DNA of 64,000 bases from Candidatus Daviesbacteria bacterium RIFCSPHIGHO2_12_FULL_37_16 (GTDB lineage: Bacteria > Patescibacteriota > Microgenomatia > Daviesbacterales > UBA10151): positions 6,894 through 70,893 of the forward strand of contig MFDF01000002.1 of assembly GCA_001776785.1 (NCBI GenBank). Reading direction: 5' to 3'. Shown here in pieces: positions 38,167 through 48,200 of this stretch. The translations under genes were made by a program, and so were the position numbers. Every line of letters begins with the position of its first letter. Position 1 is the stretch's first letter. The notes beneath the pieces were generated by a model, which did not search any database, was not told the DNA's origin, and worked only from the letters and a program-made list of their open reading frames with translations.

Positions 38167-39309
38167 ATGAAGATTTTAATTACGGGGACACACTTTACAC
38201 CTGCGCAGGCTGTAATTGAGGAGCTTAAAAAGGATGATTCTGTAGAAATTGTTTATGTTGGAAGAAAAACAACAATTGAAGGGGACAAGACACCTTCTGT
38301 GGAATCTCGGATATTGCCTGAGTTGGGTGTTAAATTTATTCCGCTTACTGCAGGTAGGATCAGAAGGTTTTTCTCTTTTTGGACAATAATTTCTTTTTTG
38401 AAAATCCCTTTAGGATTTATCCAATCCTTTAATATTTTAGTTTCTGAAAAACCTGATGTGGTTTTGTCATTTGGGGGATATATAGGTTTGCCAGTTGTTT
38501 TTAATGCCTGGCTTTTAAATATTCCTATAATTTTGCACGAGCAGACTTTAGTAAGCGGATTATCTAATAAAATGAGCAGCTTATTTGCAGATAAAGTTGC
38601 TGTTTCTTTTGAAAAAAAATATGAATTCAGTAAAAAGAAAATAATATTTACAGGAAACCCCATAAGAACTGAATTGTTAAAATATAACGATAAAAATTTT
38701 CAATCGCGAAAAAATGTCACCAGCCAAAAAATTAAGGAATTTGTATATAATTCTAAAAACAGCAGCAGCCCGTTAGTGCTCGTAACTGGGGGAAACCAGG
38801 GATCTCATATTATTAATGAGACAGTCGAAAAGTCTCTGGATGAATTTTTAAAGTTGGGGGTTTTAGTCCATCAAACAGGTGACTCAAGTTTTAAAGATTA
38901 TGAAAGACTTAAAGAGAAACAAAATGAAAGGTATCTGGTAGAAAAATGGATTGATGGTAATGATTTTGGTTTCCTGATTTCAAATACTGACCTTGTGATC
39001 TCAAGGGCAGGAGCTAACACTTTAACAGAACTTGCATATTTTGGTGTTCCTGCTTTAGTGATACCTATCCCATACGTAAACAAAAACGAACAAGAGAAAA
39101 ATGCTGATTTTTTTGAAGATTTAGGGTTAGTAAAAAAGCTTCTTCAAAAAGGATTAACTTCTGAAAAGTTATTAAAAACAGTTAAAACAGCTATATCAGA
39201 ATTAAAATCTTTAAAAGAAAAATCAAAGAATGCAAAAAAAGTGGTGATTGAAGATGCTGCCAGAAGGGTTGCTTTAGAGACAAAGATATTAGGTGAACAT
39301 GAGTATTAA
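38167..39309 (+). CDS. murG: Lipid II GlcNAc transferase MurG
   Basis: SFGGY, HEQT, TGNPIR, TGGNQGS, ISRAGA, EQEKNA. Confidence 0.93.
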   Translation: MKILITGTHFTPAQAVIEELKKDDSVEIVYVGRKTTIEGDKTPSVESRILPELGVKFIPLTAGRIRRFFSFWTIISFLKIPLGFIQSFNILVSEKPDVVLSFGGYIGLPVVFNAWLLNIPIILHEQTLVSGLSNKMSSLFADKVAVSFEKKYEFSKKKIIFTGNPIRTELLKYNDKNFQSRKNVTSQKIKEFVYNSKNSSSPLVLVTGGNQGSHIINETVEKSLDEFLKLGVLVHQTGDSSFKDYERLKEKQNERYLVEKWIDGNDFGFLISNTDLVISRAGANTLTELAYFGVPALVIPIPYVNKNEQEKNADFFEDLGLVKKLLQKGLTSEKLLKTVKTAISELKSLKEKSKNAKKVVIEDAARRVALETKILGEHEY

Positions 39310-40135
39310 AGGGTTAAAAATTAAGGTAGCCATAGTTCCACTTACAATTTTAGCTTTTATACTTGTTACGGCTATTTTTTTACAAATTAATTCTGTTAAC
39401 GTCGAGGTTTTAAAAGTTGATTGTGTTTCAATTGACCAGCTTAAAAAAGAGTTAAATTTTAAGGGAAAAAATTACTTCTTATTAAATAAAGGTCAAATTA
39501 CTGAGGCTTTAAAAAACAAACATGTCTGTGTTGATAGTTTAAACCTAAGTTATAGATTGCCAAATAACTTAGATATTAAGTTATTTGGCAGAGAGCCAAA
39601 AGCATTATTAAAGGAGAAAACTTTGGTGGTTAATCCAAGCACATCTGAGATAATGGCTTCTTCATCTGCAGATACTAAATTATTGGATTTAGAGACTCAG
39701 GAGAGTTCTGACAGCTCAATATATGTATCTGATGGATTTGGGGTTATATATTCTAAAACAGAAAATATTTCTGATTTACCGCTAATAGAGGTTATCAATC
39801 AGGATCTGGAAATTAAAAACACCATTCCTGAATTAGTTGTGAATACCTTGTCTATTTTGGAAAGGATAAAAAATATGTCAGTTCCTGTTACAAGCGTGAA
39901 AGTATTAGGTAATCAACTGTACCTAGGTAGTCAACCGAAACTAAAATTTACCCTAAGTAATGATTTAGACCGCCAAACCGCCTCTTTACAACTAATCTTA
40001 CAAAAAGATAAAATGAGGCTAAGCCTCTTTCCTACGGAAATGAGGCTAACCCTCGACTCTAAAGAAAAAAGAGAAATTGAAATGATAGATTTAAGATTTG
40101 ATAAACCTGTAGTTGTATATATCCCAAACAAATAA
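39293..40135 (+). CDS. ftsQ: Probable FtsQ/DivIB
   Basis: Single TM, POTRA-like segment (RLPNNLDI..REP), C-terminal IDLRFDKPVV; lies between murG and ftsA. Confidence 0.75.
   Translation: MNMSIKGLKIKVAIVPLTILAFILVTAIFLQINSVNVEVLKVDCVSIDQLKKELNFKGKNYFLLNKGQITEALKNKHVCVDSLNLSYRLPNNLDIKLFGREPKALLKEKTLVVNPSTSEIMASSSADTKLLDLETQESSDSSIYVSDGFGVIYSKTENISDLPLIEVINQDLEIKNTIPELVVNTLSILERIKNMSVPVTSVKVLGNQLYLGSQPKLKFTLSNDLDRQTASLQLILQKDKMRLSLFPTEMRLTLDSKEKREIEMIDLRFDKPVVVYIPNK
40011..40054 (+). repeat. In-frame palindromic direct repeat in ftsQ
   Basis: AAATGAGGCTAAGCCTC and AAATGAGGCTAACCCTC with a 27-bp period, separated by TTCC-TAC-GGAA. Confidence 0.75.
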
Positions 40136-41425
40136 ATGGCTAAAGACAAAGTAGTTTGTGCTATTGATGTAGGATCTTCAAAAATTGCAACATTGATTGC
40201 AAGCATTAACGAAGATGGAAGAGTAAATTTAATCGGGGTTGCTGCTACTAACTCAAGAGGGGTTAAGAAAAGCCAGATTGTTGATATTGAATCTGCTGTT
40301 GAGGCAATTACAGAGAGTGTAGAATCAGCAGAAAGAATGGCAGGTTACTCAATTTCCCAGGCGTTCGTGTCTATGGGAGGTCCCCAGATTGAAAGTATTA
40401 ACTCTCATGCTGTAGTAGCTGTGGCAGAACCTGAGGGTGAGATAAAACCATCAGATATAGCCAGGGTGAATGATGCAGCCAGGGCTATAGCCCTTCCTTC
40501 ATCCAGAGAAATTCTGCATGTTATTCCAAGAACTTTTACAGTTGATGGGCAAGAGGGGATTTCGGATCCAGTCGGAATGACTGGTGTAAGGCTTGAGACA
40601 GATACACATATAATTACAGGTCCCACAACTTCTATGAGAAATTTGGTTAAGTGTGTAGGGATGGTTGGAGTGGATGTTAAAGAGTTAGTTTTTTCCGGAA
40701 TGGCTTCATCTCATGCAGTTTTGACTGATACAGAAAAAGAGCTTGGAGTTATTTTAGTTGACATAGGTGGAGAGACAACTGATGTTGTAATTTTTGTGGA
40801 TGGGGCAATAGGATATTCGGCAGTTATTCCTCTTGGGGGAAGGCATATAACTTCTGATATTGCAGTAGGGCTTAGGATCTCTTTGGAATCTGCAGAAAAG
40901 ATTAAAGTTGCTTTAGGCAAATCATTAAAGCAGCCAGTTGTACCAGAAGAGAGGGATGAAAAAGGTGCAACAAAAAAAAGAGAGGAAGAGGTTTTGGATT
41001 TGAAGTCTATGGGAGTTACAGAAGAAGTCCAAAAGATTTCCAGAAAAGCTGTAGTGGATTCGATTATCAGGCCGAGACTTCAGGAGATTTTTAAATATGT
41101 CGGCAAAGAGATTAAAAAAAGTGGTTTTGGGTCACAAACTCCATCAGGGCTTGTGATTACTGGGGGAGCAGCAACAACTGTTGGGCTTTTGGACCAGGCT
41201 AAATATATTTTAGGATTTCCTGCAAGAGTTGGAAAGATAGAAGGGTTTATGGGTCTGGTTGATGAGGTTGAATCTCCAGGGTTTGCAACTGCTGCAGGGC
41301 TTATACTATATGGGGCAAAAGGAGATATGACTGCAGAGACGGGTTTGCCTGTTTTAGGATCAGGTTTACCTATTAAAGCAGTCACCCAAAAAGTGACAGA
41401 TTTGATTAAATCTTTCCTTCCATAA
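40136..41425 (+). CDS. ftsA: Cell division protein FtsA
   Basis: AIDVGSSKI, PVGMTGVRLE, EKELGVILVDIGGETT, GGRHITSDI, AEKIK, VITGGAA, C-terminal amphipathic helix. Confidence 0.97.
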   Translation: MAKDKVVCAIDVGSSKIATLIASINEDGRVNLIGVAATNSRGVKKSQIVDIESAVEAITESVESAERMAGYSISQAFVSMGGPQIESINSHAVVAVAEPEGEIKPSDIARVNDAARAIALPSSREILHVIPRTFTVDGQEGISDPVGMTGVRLETDTHIITGPTTSMRNLVKCVGMVGVDVKELVFSGMASSHAVLTDTEKELGVILVDIGGETTDVVIFVDGAIGYSAVIPLGGRHITSDIAVGLRISLESAEKIKVALGKSLKQPVVPEERDEKGATKKREEEVLDLKSMGVTEEVQKISRKAVVDSIIRPRLQEIFKYVGKEIKKSGFGSQTPSGLVITGGAATTVGLLDQAKYILGFPARVGKIEGFMGLVDEVESPGFATAAGLILYGAKGDMTAETGLPVLGSGLPIKAVTQKVTDLIKSFLP

Positions 41426-41430
41426 TATAG

Positions 41431-41459
41431 TTGACGGCCAATAGTTTAGTTGTTACAAT
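41431..41459 (+). promoter_or_regulatory. Sigma70-type promoter for ftsZ
   Basis: TTGACG-17 nt-TACAAT with a TG extension. Confidence 0.7.
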
Positions 41460-41477
41460 CACCCAAAGATTCTTCTT

Positions 41478-42686
41478 ATGTTAATTAAGCCGGATGTTCA
41501 AAGATTTGCCAAGATTAAGGTTGTAGGTTTGGGTGGGGGTGGATCTAATGCCCTAAACTCAATGATCACACTTCAACAGATCCAGGGGGTAGAATTTATT
41601 GCTATCAATACTGATGCCCAGGCACTGCTTGGTAACCAGGCACCAACAAAAGTCCAGATTGGTGAGTCTTTAACCCGGGGTTTAGGCTCCGGTGGTAACC
41701 CGCAAATTGGAAGAGAAGCTGCAGAAGAATCTAATGAAAAAATCCAGGAAGTTTTAGAAGGTGCAGATATGGTTTTTATAACAGCAGGTATGGGAGGAGG
41801 GACTGGGACAGGTTCTGCGTCTGTAACTGCATCTGTTGCCAAACAGCTTGGGGCTTTAACTGTAGCAGTTGTGACAAAACCATTCACTTTTGAGGGTTCC
41901 AGAAGAATGGTGGTTGCAGAAGAAGGGATAGAAGAATTAAAAGATAAAGTTGATGCTTTAATTGTGATTCCAAACCAAAGATTACTTGAGGTTGTTGATA
42001 AGACTATGACACTTCAGGAAGCTTTTAAACTGGCTGATTCTGTTTTAGGTCAGGGTGTGCAGGGAATTTCTGATTTGATCACAATGCCCGGGCTTATTAA
42101 TGTAGACTTTGCAGATGTTAGATCCATCATGACAAATGCTGGTTCTGCCTTAATGGGTATAGGTCAGGCTGGTGGAGAAAACAGGGCTTCTACTGCGGCC
42201 AGGATGGCTATTGCATCACCACTATTGGAGGTTTCAATTGAAGGAGCCAAAGGAGTACTTTTCAATATTGTTGGCGGACCTGATTTGGGTATGAATGAGG
42301 TTAATGAAGCAGCCCAGATTATAGCCCAGGCTGCAGAACCTGATGCAAACATTATATTTGGTGCAACTATTAAAGAAGAGCTTGTGGATATGGTTAAAAT
42401 TTCTGTGATAGCTACTGGATTTGATGAGTCCAGGGTAAAACTTAGAGAATATGCAGGGATTGGGGCTATGAATGCACCTGTGTCTGCGCCAATTTTTACT
42501 TCTTCAAATAATCAAAATCCTCCAAGTCAAACTTCAACCTACCAGCAAACAACAAGTTCCAATTCTTCCCAGTATTCTTCATCCCAGTCTTCCCAGAGTG
42601 CTGAGGAGGAGTTAGAGCAGATTGAATCAAAAAATGAGTCTGATGATGATCTAGAAATCCCTGCATTTTTAAGACAAAACAGATAA
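41478..42686 (+). CDS. ftsZ: Cell division protein FtsZ
   Basis: [33 protein letters not shown]-rich linker, C-terminal LEIPAFLR. Confidence 0.99.
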   Translation: MLIKPDVQRFAKIKVVGLGGGGSNALNSMITLQQIQGVEFIAINTDAQALLGNQAPTKVQIGESLTRGLGSGGNPQIGREAAEESNEKIQEVLEGADMVFITAGMGGGTGTGSASVTASVAKQLGALTVAVVTKPFTFEGSRRMVVAEEGIEELKDKVDALIVIPNQRLLEVVDKTMTLQEAFKLADSVLGQGVQGISDLITMPGLINVDFADVRSIMTNAGSALMGIGQAGGENRASTAARMAIASPLLEVSIEGAKGVLFNIVGGPDLGMNEVNEAAQIIAQAAEPDANIIFGATIKEELVDMVKISVIATGFDESRVKLREYAGIGAMNAPVSAPIFTSSNNQNPPSQTSTYQQTTSSNSSQYSSSQSSQSAEEELEQIESKNESDDDLEIPAFLRQNR

Positions 42687-42687
42687 G

Positions 42688-42951
42688 ATGCTTGAAAGTA
42701 GAATTGAACCTGAAAGTGATCATGCTTTTAAGAATAGAAAAGAGAGAATATTTGGTAGGTCTCAAACTGTATGGGAGTTTTGTTGGGATTTAAGAGATAT
42801 GTATCCTAACAAAGTAACTGAGTTTATATTTAGTATTGCCGATGAAGCAGACAGTAGAATTTATGCTAAGCAGATTGGGAGAAAAAGGTTTCTTAGACTT
42901 GTTGGACCTTTGAAATTGCCATTAACTTCAATTAAAGAACCAAATTTTTAA
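42688..42951 (+). CDS. Hypothetical protein
   Basis: 87 aa ORF starting 1 nt after the ftsZ stop; no recognised motif. Confidence 0.5.
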   Translation: MLESRIEPESDHAFKNRKERIFGRSQTVWEFCWDLRDMYPNKVTEFIFSIADEADSRIYAKQIGRKRFLRLVGPLKLPLTSIKEPNF

Positions 42952-43038
42952 TTCTTGCAGGTATTGTCTAATCCCACCTTAAATGTCTCAAACTTTTAGG
43001 CACAAATATTATTAAATATTCCAAGGTTGCCGCACAAT

Positions 43039-43053
43039 CAACCTCGGAGGTTG
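43039..43053. repeat. GC-rich palindrome CAACCT-CGG-AGGTTG
   Basis: Perfect 6-bp inverted repeat in an AT-rich gap; a related AGGTTGC...CAACTTCGG occurs at 43824-43849. Confidence 0.55.
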
Positions 43054-43161
43054 CTGTTTAATTCTTCAGACATTAACTTCTTGAAGCAAATTCAATAAAA
43101 TTTTACAATACAATCTATGCTTAAACCTTTTCTAACAATTTTATCCACATGGAGTAAATTG

Positions 43162-43701
43162 TTAGGTAAAGAAGTAAGAGATTAGTTTATTTTGGCTTTC
43201 AAGAGAGTTTGCTTCAATGTATTCAACTTCTGCAGCTACCCCAAAATAGTCCCTTAAGTATTTAACTATCTCAAAACAAGGATAGGGGTGAATAAAAACA
43301 CTGTTTTGCAGTTTATAGAAACCAATCTCTTTCATCTTTTTCCTAAGTAAAAATCTTTCATTATTTTTACTGATTGGGATATCAAAAATTATTATCCTCC
43401 ATTTCCCATCCCAACTTATTGGTTTTTCAATTTTTAAATTATCAATCTGATATCTTCTTAGCTTTGCTTTACCATCTTTTGTAAGCTTTATAACTGAAAC
43501 TCCCTTTTTATTCTTAATTATTTCTACTAAGCTTCTTTTTTGAAGTCTTTTTATTTCCTGGTTTATTCTTGCGAGATCAACTTTTTTAAGTAATGGTAAG
43601 ACTTTAGCAAGACCAGGTGCTACAGACACAATAGGAACAATACCAATAATGCCCAGTGCAATTAAAATATTTTTTGCAACATCTTTTTGTTTTTCAGTCA
43701 T
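43162..43701 (-). CDS. PaaX-like protein (winged helix plus Cas2-like ferredoxin-fold domain)
   Basis: IKRLQKRSLVE...IKLTKDGK (wHTH wing), WDGKWRIIIFDIP, LRKKMKEIGFYKLQNSVFIHPYPC. Confidence 0.85.
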   Translation of the reverse strand: MTEKQKDVAKNILIALGIIGIVPIVSVAPGLAKVLPLLKKVDLARINQEIKRLQKRSLVEIIKNKKGVSVIKLTKDGKAKLRRYQIDNLKIEKPISWDGKWRIIIFDIPISKNNERFLLRKKMKEIGFYKLQNSVFIHPYPCFEIVKYLRDYFGVAAEVEYIEANSLESQNKLISYFFT

Positions 43702-43863
43702 AAGAATAGTCTATTGAATTTTATAACAAAATGCACTACGTGGATAAAAATGTTATCGATACTTATATTTATAACTTTAATTACTTTAATTGATAGTTAA
43801 AATAATACCCAGACCAATTTATTAGGTTGCAGGAGGGCTTCAACTTCGGCTACAATACTACGT

Positions 43864-46743
43864 ATGTTTAAACCTGTTTCCAGTTCTGTTGATTTTCCGG
43901 CTCTTGAGAGAGAATGGCTAAAGAAATGGTATGAAGAAGGAATTGTTGAGAAATATTTAAAGAGAAATGATACTTCGGAGAAAAAATATTCTTTTTTAGA
44001 CGGGCCTATTACTGCAAATAACCCAATGGGAGTCCACCACGGGTGGGGAAGAACTTATAAGGATTTGTGGCAAAGGTGGCATAACATGAGGGGATATAAA
44101 CAAAGGTTTCAAAATGGATTTGACGAACAAGGACTTTGGGTTGAGGTTGAAGTTGAGAAAGAGTTGGGGCTTAAATCTAAAAAAGATATAGAAAATTTAG
44201 TACCTGGAGATAAATTTGCTTCACTTGAAAAATTTATAAATCTCTCTAAAGAAAGAGTCAAAAAATATTCTGCAATTCAAACTGAACAGTCTAAAAGACT
44301 TGGATATTTTATGGACTGGGATAATTCGTATCACACATCCTCTGATGAAAATAATTATGCAATCTGGAATTTTCTAAAAGTTGTTAATGATAAAGGATGG
44401 TTATACAAAGGTCATGACAGCGTTCCCTGGTGTCCAAGGTGCGGAACTGCAATTTCCCAGCATGAAATAGAATCTGATGGATATAAACTAGTAACCCATG
44501 AATCCATATATTTTGAATTGCCAATTGAAGGAAAAGATAAGGAATATTTACTGGTTTGGACAACTACTCCATGGACACTACCAGCAAATATTGCAGTAGC
44601 TGTAGATGAAAAAATGGAATATTCATTGGTTGAAGGTACTAGTGGTGATAATTTCTGGGTTGCCAAAGAATTAGTGGAAACGGTATTTAAAGGTGAACTT
44701 AAGGGGGTTGTAAAAACTGTAAAAGGGAAAGAGTTAGTTGGTTTAAAGTATAGCTGGGCTTTTGATAATCTTCCTAAAGTAAAAGAAGTTGCAGAAAAAA
44801 ATCCCGGGAAATTTCATCTTGTAATTGCAACTGATGAGAGAATAATGCCTATTAGTACTACTGAAGGTACGGGGCTTGTTCATACTGCTGTTTCTGCAGG
44901 GGTGGAGGATTTTGCACTTGGAAAAAAATTAGGCCTGCCTTTAATTGAAGTTATAGATGAGGAAGCGAATTATTTAGAGGGATTAGGGGATTTCTCAGGA
45001 AAAAATGCCAAGAAAAATCCAAAAGTTATTTTAGATTATCTTGAAGAGCAAAACAAAAAGGGGAATTGGGTTTTTAAGATTGAACCATATCAGCATAGAT
45101 ACCCAACTTGCTGGAGGTGCGGGACAGAACTTGTCTGGAGAGTGGTAGATGAGTGGTATATTTCTATGGACAAAAAAGATGAAGCAGAAAAAACTTTCAG
45201 GGAACAAATGGTTGAAGTGGCAGTCAAGATTTCCTGGCATCCCAGGTGGGGTTTGGATAGGGAATTGGATTGGCTTAAGAATATGCATGATTGGTTAATC
45301 TCAAAAAAGAGGTATTGGGGTTTGGCATTGCCAATATGGGAATGCAAAAAATGCAGACATTTTGAGATAATTGGAGGAAAAGAGGAGTTAAAAGAGAAAG
45401 CTTTGAAGGGATGGAAGGAGTTTGAGGGAAACTCTCCTCATAGACCCTGGGTAGATCAAATTAAGATAAAATGTTCAGAATGCGGAGAGTTGATGGAGAG
45501 GATTCCTGATGTTGGAAACCCCTGGCTTGATGCAGGGATTGTACCATTTTCTACACTTCCAGAAGATTGGTTTCCAGCCGACTTAGTAAGTGAGTCATTC
45601 CCCGGACAGTTTAAAAACTGGTTTTATGCCATGGTTGCAATGAGCACTGCCCTTAAGAGAACAAATCCTTTTAAAAACCTATTTGGTTATGCCCTGGTTA
45701 AGGACGAGAAGGGTGAGGAGATGCATAAATCAAAAGGAAATTCCATTGAATTTAATGAAGCAGCAGATAATATGGGTGCAGATGTAATGAGATGGATGTA
45801 TATGACTCAAAACCCTGAGGTTAACTTACATTTTGGTTTTAATGTAGCAGCAGAAATTAAGAGAAGGTTTTATCTGATTTTATGGAATACATATAAGTTT
45901 TTTGTGGATTATGCTTCTTTATCAGACTGGCAGTGTGAATTAAAAAGAGGAGAGCTTACTATACTGGACAGGTGGATTCTGGCAAGATTAACTGAAGTTG
46001 TGCTTTTGGTCAATAAGTCTATGGAGAAATATGATGCTTCAACTGCATCAAGGGCAATTGAGGATTTTGTAATTAATGATCTATCTACCTGGTATATAAG
46101 AAGAAACAGGGATAGAGTTGGACTAAATGCTACTGATTTAGATAGAAATACAACTTTGAGTGTGATTTATGGTAATTTAGTGACACTTTCTAAGCTTTTA
46201 GCCCCATTTATGCCCTTTATTAGTGAGGAGATATATCAAAACCTGGCTGAACCTAGTTCAGTCCACCTGACAGATTACCCTTTAGGAGATAAATCATTTT
46301 TGGATGAAAAGTTAATAGCTGATATGAAGATAGTTAGGGTTATAGTAGAGCTTGGACATGCACAAAGGAAAGAGGCGCAGATTAAATTAAGACAGCCATT
46401 AAGTAAATTAAGCTATTTAGCTACTTTGCAATTGAGTCCTGATCTAGAGCAAATAATTGCGGATGAGTTAAATGTTAAGAAAGTTGAGTATGAAAAGTCC
46501 TCAAATAAAAATCCTTCAGTTGAATTGGATACAAAAATTACTCCAGATTTAAAAGAAGAAGGTGAGGCAAGGGAATTGATAAGACAGATTCAACAGTTAA
46601 GAAAAGATAGTGGATTAACCCTTAAGGATAAAGTTAATGTTAAAGCTCCAAATTGGCCAAAGAGATTTGAAGAGATGATTTTAAAGTCAACTTCCGCTAA
46701 GAATATTTCCAGCTCTGATCAGGTTGAAATCGAAAAAGTATAA
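43864..46743 (+). CDS. ileS: Isoleucine--tRNA ligase, type 2
   Basis: FLDGPITANNPMGVHH, WTTTPWTLPAN, GTGLVH, DWLISKKRYWG, EMHKSKGN; C-terminal EGEARELIRQIQQLRK with no zinc finger. Confidence 0.97.
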   Translation: MFKPVSSSVDFPALEREWLKKWYEEGIVEKYLKRNDTSEKKYSFLDGPITANNPMGVHHGWGRTYKDLWQRWHNMRGYKQRFQNGFDEQGLWVEVEVEKELGLKSKKDIENLVPGDKFASLEKFINLSKERVKKYSAIQTEQSKRLGYFMDWDNSYHTSSDENNYAIWNFLKVVNDKGWLYKGHDSVPWCPRCGTAISQHEIESDGYKLVTHESIYFELPIEGKDKEYLLVWTTTPWTLPANIAVAVDEKMEYSLVEGTSGDNFWVAKELVETVFKGELKGVVKTVKGKELVGLKYSWAFDNLPKVKEVAEKNPGKFHLVIATDERIMPISTTEGTGLVHTAVSAGVEDFALGKKLGLPLIEVIDEEANYLEGLGDFSGKNAKKNPKVILDYLEEQNKKGNWVFKIEPYQHRYPTCWRCGTELVWRVVDEWYISMDKKDEAEKTFREQMVEVAVKISWHPRWGLDRELDWLKNMHDWLISKKRYWGLALPIWECKKCRHFEIIGGKEELKEKALKGWKEFEGNSPHRPWVDQIKIKCSECGELMERIPDVGNPWLDAGIVPFSTLPEDWFPADLVSESFPGQFKNWFYAMVAMSTALKRTNPFKNLFGYALVKDEKGEEMHKSKGNSIEFNEAADNMGADVMRWMYMTQNPEVNLHFGFNVAAEIKRRFYLILWNTYKFFVDYASLSDWQCELKRGELTILDRWILARLTEVVLLVNKSMEKYDASTASRAIEDFVINDLSTWYIRRNRDRVGLNATDLDRNTTLSVIYGNLVTLSKLLAPFMPFISEEIYQNLAEPSSVHLTDYPLGDKSFLDEKLIADMKIVRVIVELGHAQRKEAQIKLRQPLSKLSYLATLQLSPDLEQIIADELNVKKVEYEKSSNKNPSVELDTKITPDLKEEGEARELIRQIQQLRKDSGLTLKDKVNVKAPNWPKRFEEMILKSTSAKNISSSDQVEIEKV

Positions 46744-46747
46744 TTTA

Positions 46748-47800
46748 ATGGCCCTTTGCATTCTCTTATTACTGTCATTATCTATAACAGTTATATATTC
46801 TTCTAATCAAAATTTGGCTATTGCGCAAACAATCTTCTCTGCGGTCGGTTTAGGCTTGTTTTTTCTTCTGAGAAATATTGATTACAGATTTTTAGGATCA
46901 GTGATAAAACCATTATATATAATAATCCTTGGGCTTTTAGTTATAACCTTTATTTTAGGTATTGAAACAAGGGGTTCAGTCAGATGGATACCTATTGGTC
47001 CTTTTAATCTCCAACCATCAGAGTTTGCAAAACCTCTAATAATCCTTCTATTGGCTGATTTTTGGAGTAAAAATTATGCATCCTGGAAAAATATTTTTAA
47101 AAGCTTTTTGATAATATCTCCAATCTACTTACTAGTATTTAGACAACCTGATTTAGGTACTACACTCACGCTGTTATTTACCTGGTTTGGAATTTTGATA
47201 GTTTCCCAAATTTCTTTTTTTAAATTACTTAGTGTGGTGATTGGAGGAATTAGCATCATACCAATAATCTGGTTTAATCTGCATTCATACCAGAAAGAAA
47301 GAATTTTTAGTTTCATCTCACCTCAACAAGACCCGCAGGGAATTGGGTTTCATGTTATTCAGTCAACAATAGCAGTAGGTTCAGGGCAGTTTTTTGGAAG
47401 AGGGTTGGGACGGGGAACCCAATCAAGGCTCCAGTTTTTGCCTGAGTTTAGAACAGATTTTATTTTTGCTTTTATTGCTGAGGAACTTGGTTTTATAGGT
47501 TCAATCATTGTTTTAAGTTTATATGCATTTCTATTTGTGCTGGGTTTTAAGATCTTAAATAATATTGAAGATAGGTTTGGAGAGCTCATAGTGGTAGGGG
47601 TTTTTAGTCTTCTGTTTTTTCAGATTTTTGTAAATGTTGGTATGAATATTGGTTTACTACCAATAACTGGCATTACATTGCCGCTATTATCCTATGGGGG
47701 AAGTTCTTTGATAACAACTCTGATACTTTTGGGTTTAGTATCCTCTGTATCCAGGTTTGGAACCAAAAAAGCTGAGATGAGGATATTTAGCATTAATTGA
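46748..47800 (+). CDS. rodA: SEDS family rod shape-determining protein RodA
   Basis: GSVRWI, LQPSEFAK, QPDLGT, YQKERI, QSTIAVGSG, FLPEFRTDFIF, TGITLPLLSYGGSS. Confidence 0.9.
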   Translation: MALCILLLLSLSITVIYSSNQNLAIAQTIFSAVGLGLFFLLRNIDYRFLGSVIKPLYIIILGLLVITFILGIETRGSVRWIPIGPFNLQPSEFAKPLIILLLADFWSKNYASWKNIFKSFLIISPIYLLVFRQPDLGTTLTLLFTWFGILIVSQISFFKLLSVVIGGISIIPIIWFNLHSYQKERIFSFISPQQDPQGIGFHVIQSTIAVGSGQFFGRGLGRGTQSRLQFLPEFRTDFIFAFIAEELGFIGSIIVLSLYAFLFVLGFKILNNIEDRFGELIVVGVFSLLFFQIFVNVGMNIGLLPITGITLPLLSYGGSSLITTLILLGLVSSVSRFGTKKAEMRIFSIN

Positions 47801-47825
47801 CACAAGGTTGGTTTAAAGGTAAAAT
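47797..47825 (+). promoter_or_regulatory. Sigma70-type promoter, probably giving a leaderless rplU mRNA
   Basis: TTGACA-17 nt-TAAAAT, then 7 nt to the ATG at 47833. Confidence 0.7.
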
Positions 47826-47832
47826 TAGCAAC

Positions 47833-48147
47833 ATGATAAATTACGCAGTTTGTGAGATTAATGGAAAGCAGGTAAAAGTAACACCCAATAGCGATATTTT
47901 AGTGGATTTTTTAGGAGATGTTAAGGCTTTAAGCTGCGATAAAGTACTTTTGATAAAAGATGGGGAGGAACTTAAAATTGGAACACCATATCTTAAAGAT
48001 GTGTTGGATTTTGATATTTTAGAGACAAAGAAAGGTGCAAAGATAAGAGTTGCTAAATTTCATGCAAAAGCAAATTACAGGAGAGTAATTGGATCAAGAC
48101 AAAAATTTTCAAAAATCAAGCTTAAAAACAGCGTGAAAAAGAGTTGA
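47833..48147 (+). CDS. rplU: 50S ribosomal protein L21
   Basis: YAVCEINGKQVKV, KGAKIRVAKFHAKANYRRVIGSRQ; precedes rpmA. Confidence 0.93.
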   Translation: MINYAVCEINGKQVKVTPNSDILVDFLGDVKALSCDKVLLIKDGEELKIGTPYLKDVLDFDILETKKGAKIRVAKFHAKANYRRVIGSRQKFSKIKLKNSVKKS

Positions 48148-48189
48148 CAAAGCTTTTCACAGTATGTATAGTTGGGGTAATTAAAGGAG
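48144..48189 (+). promoter_or_regulatory. Sigma70-type promoter and Shine-Dalgarno sequence for rpmA
   Basis: TTGACA-17 nt-TATAGT; AAGGAG at 48184-89. Confidence 0.65.
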
Positions 48190-48200
48190 AATTAAAATAA

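Noticed and set aside
42490-42610. Low-complexity S/Q/T tract in ftsZ (and the S/P/T tract in the LysM gene)
   Set aside because: Ordinary disordered protein linkers with no DNA-level periodicity
43162-43701. CRISPR-Cas locus (Cas2-like motifs)
   Set aside because: No repeat-spacer array, cas1 or effector gene in the window; the protein has the PaaX-like winged-helix fusion
43139-43749. Replication origin
   Set aside because: Only two DnaA-box-like motifs about 600 bp apart on either side of a gene; no box cluster and no dnaA or dnaN
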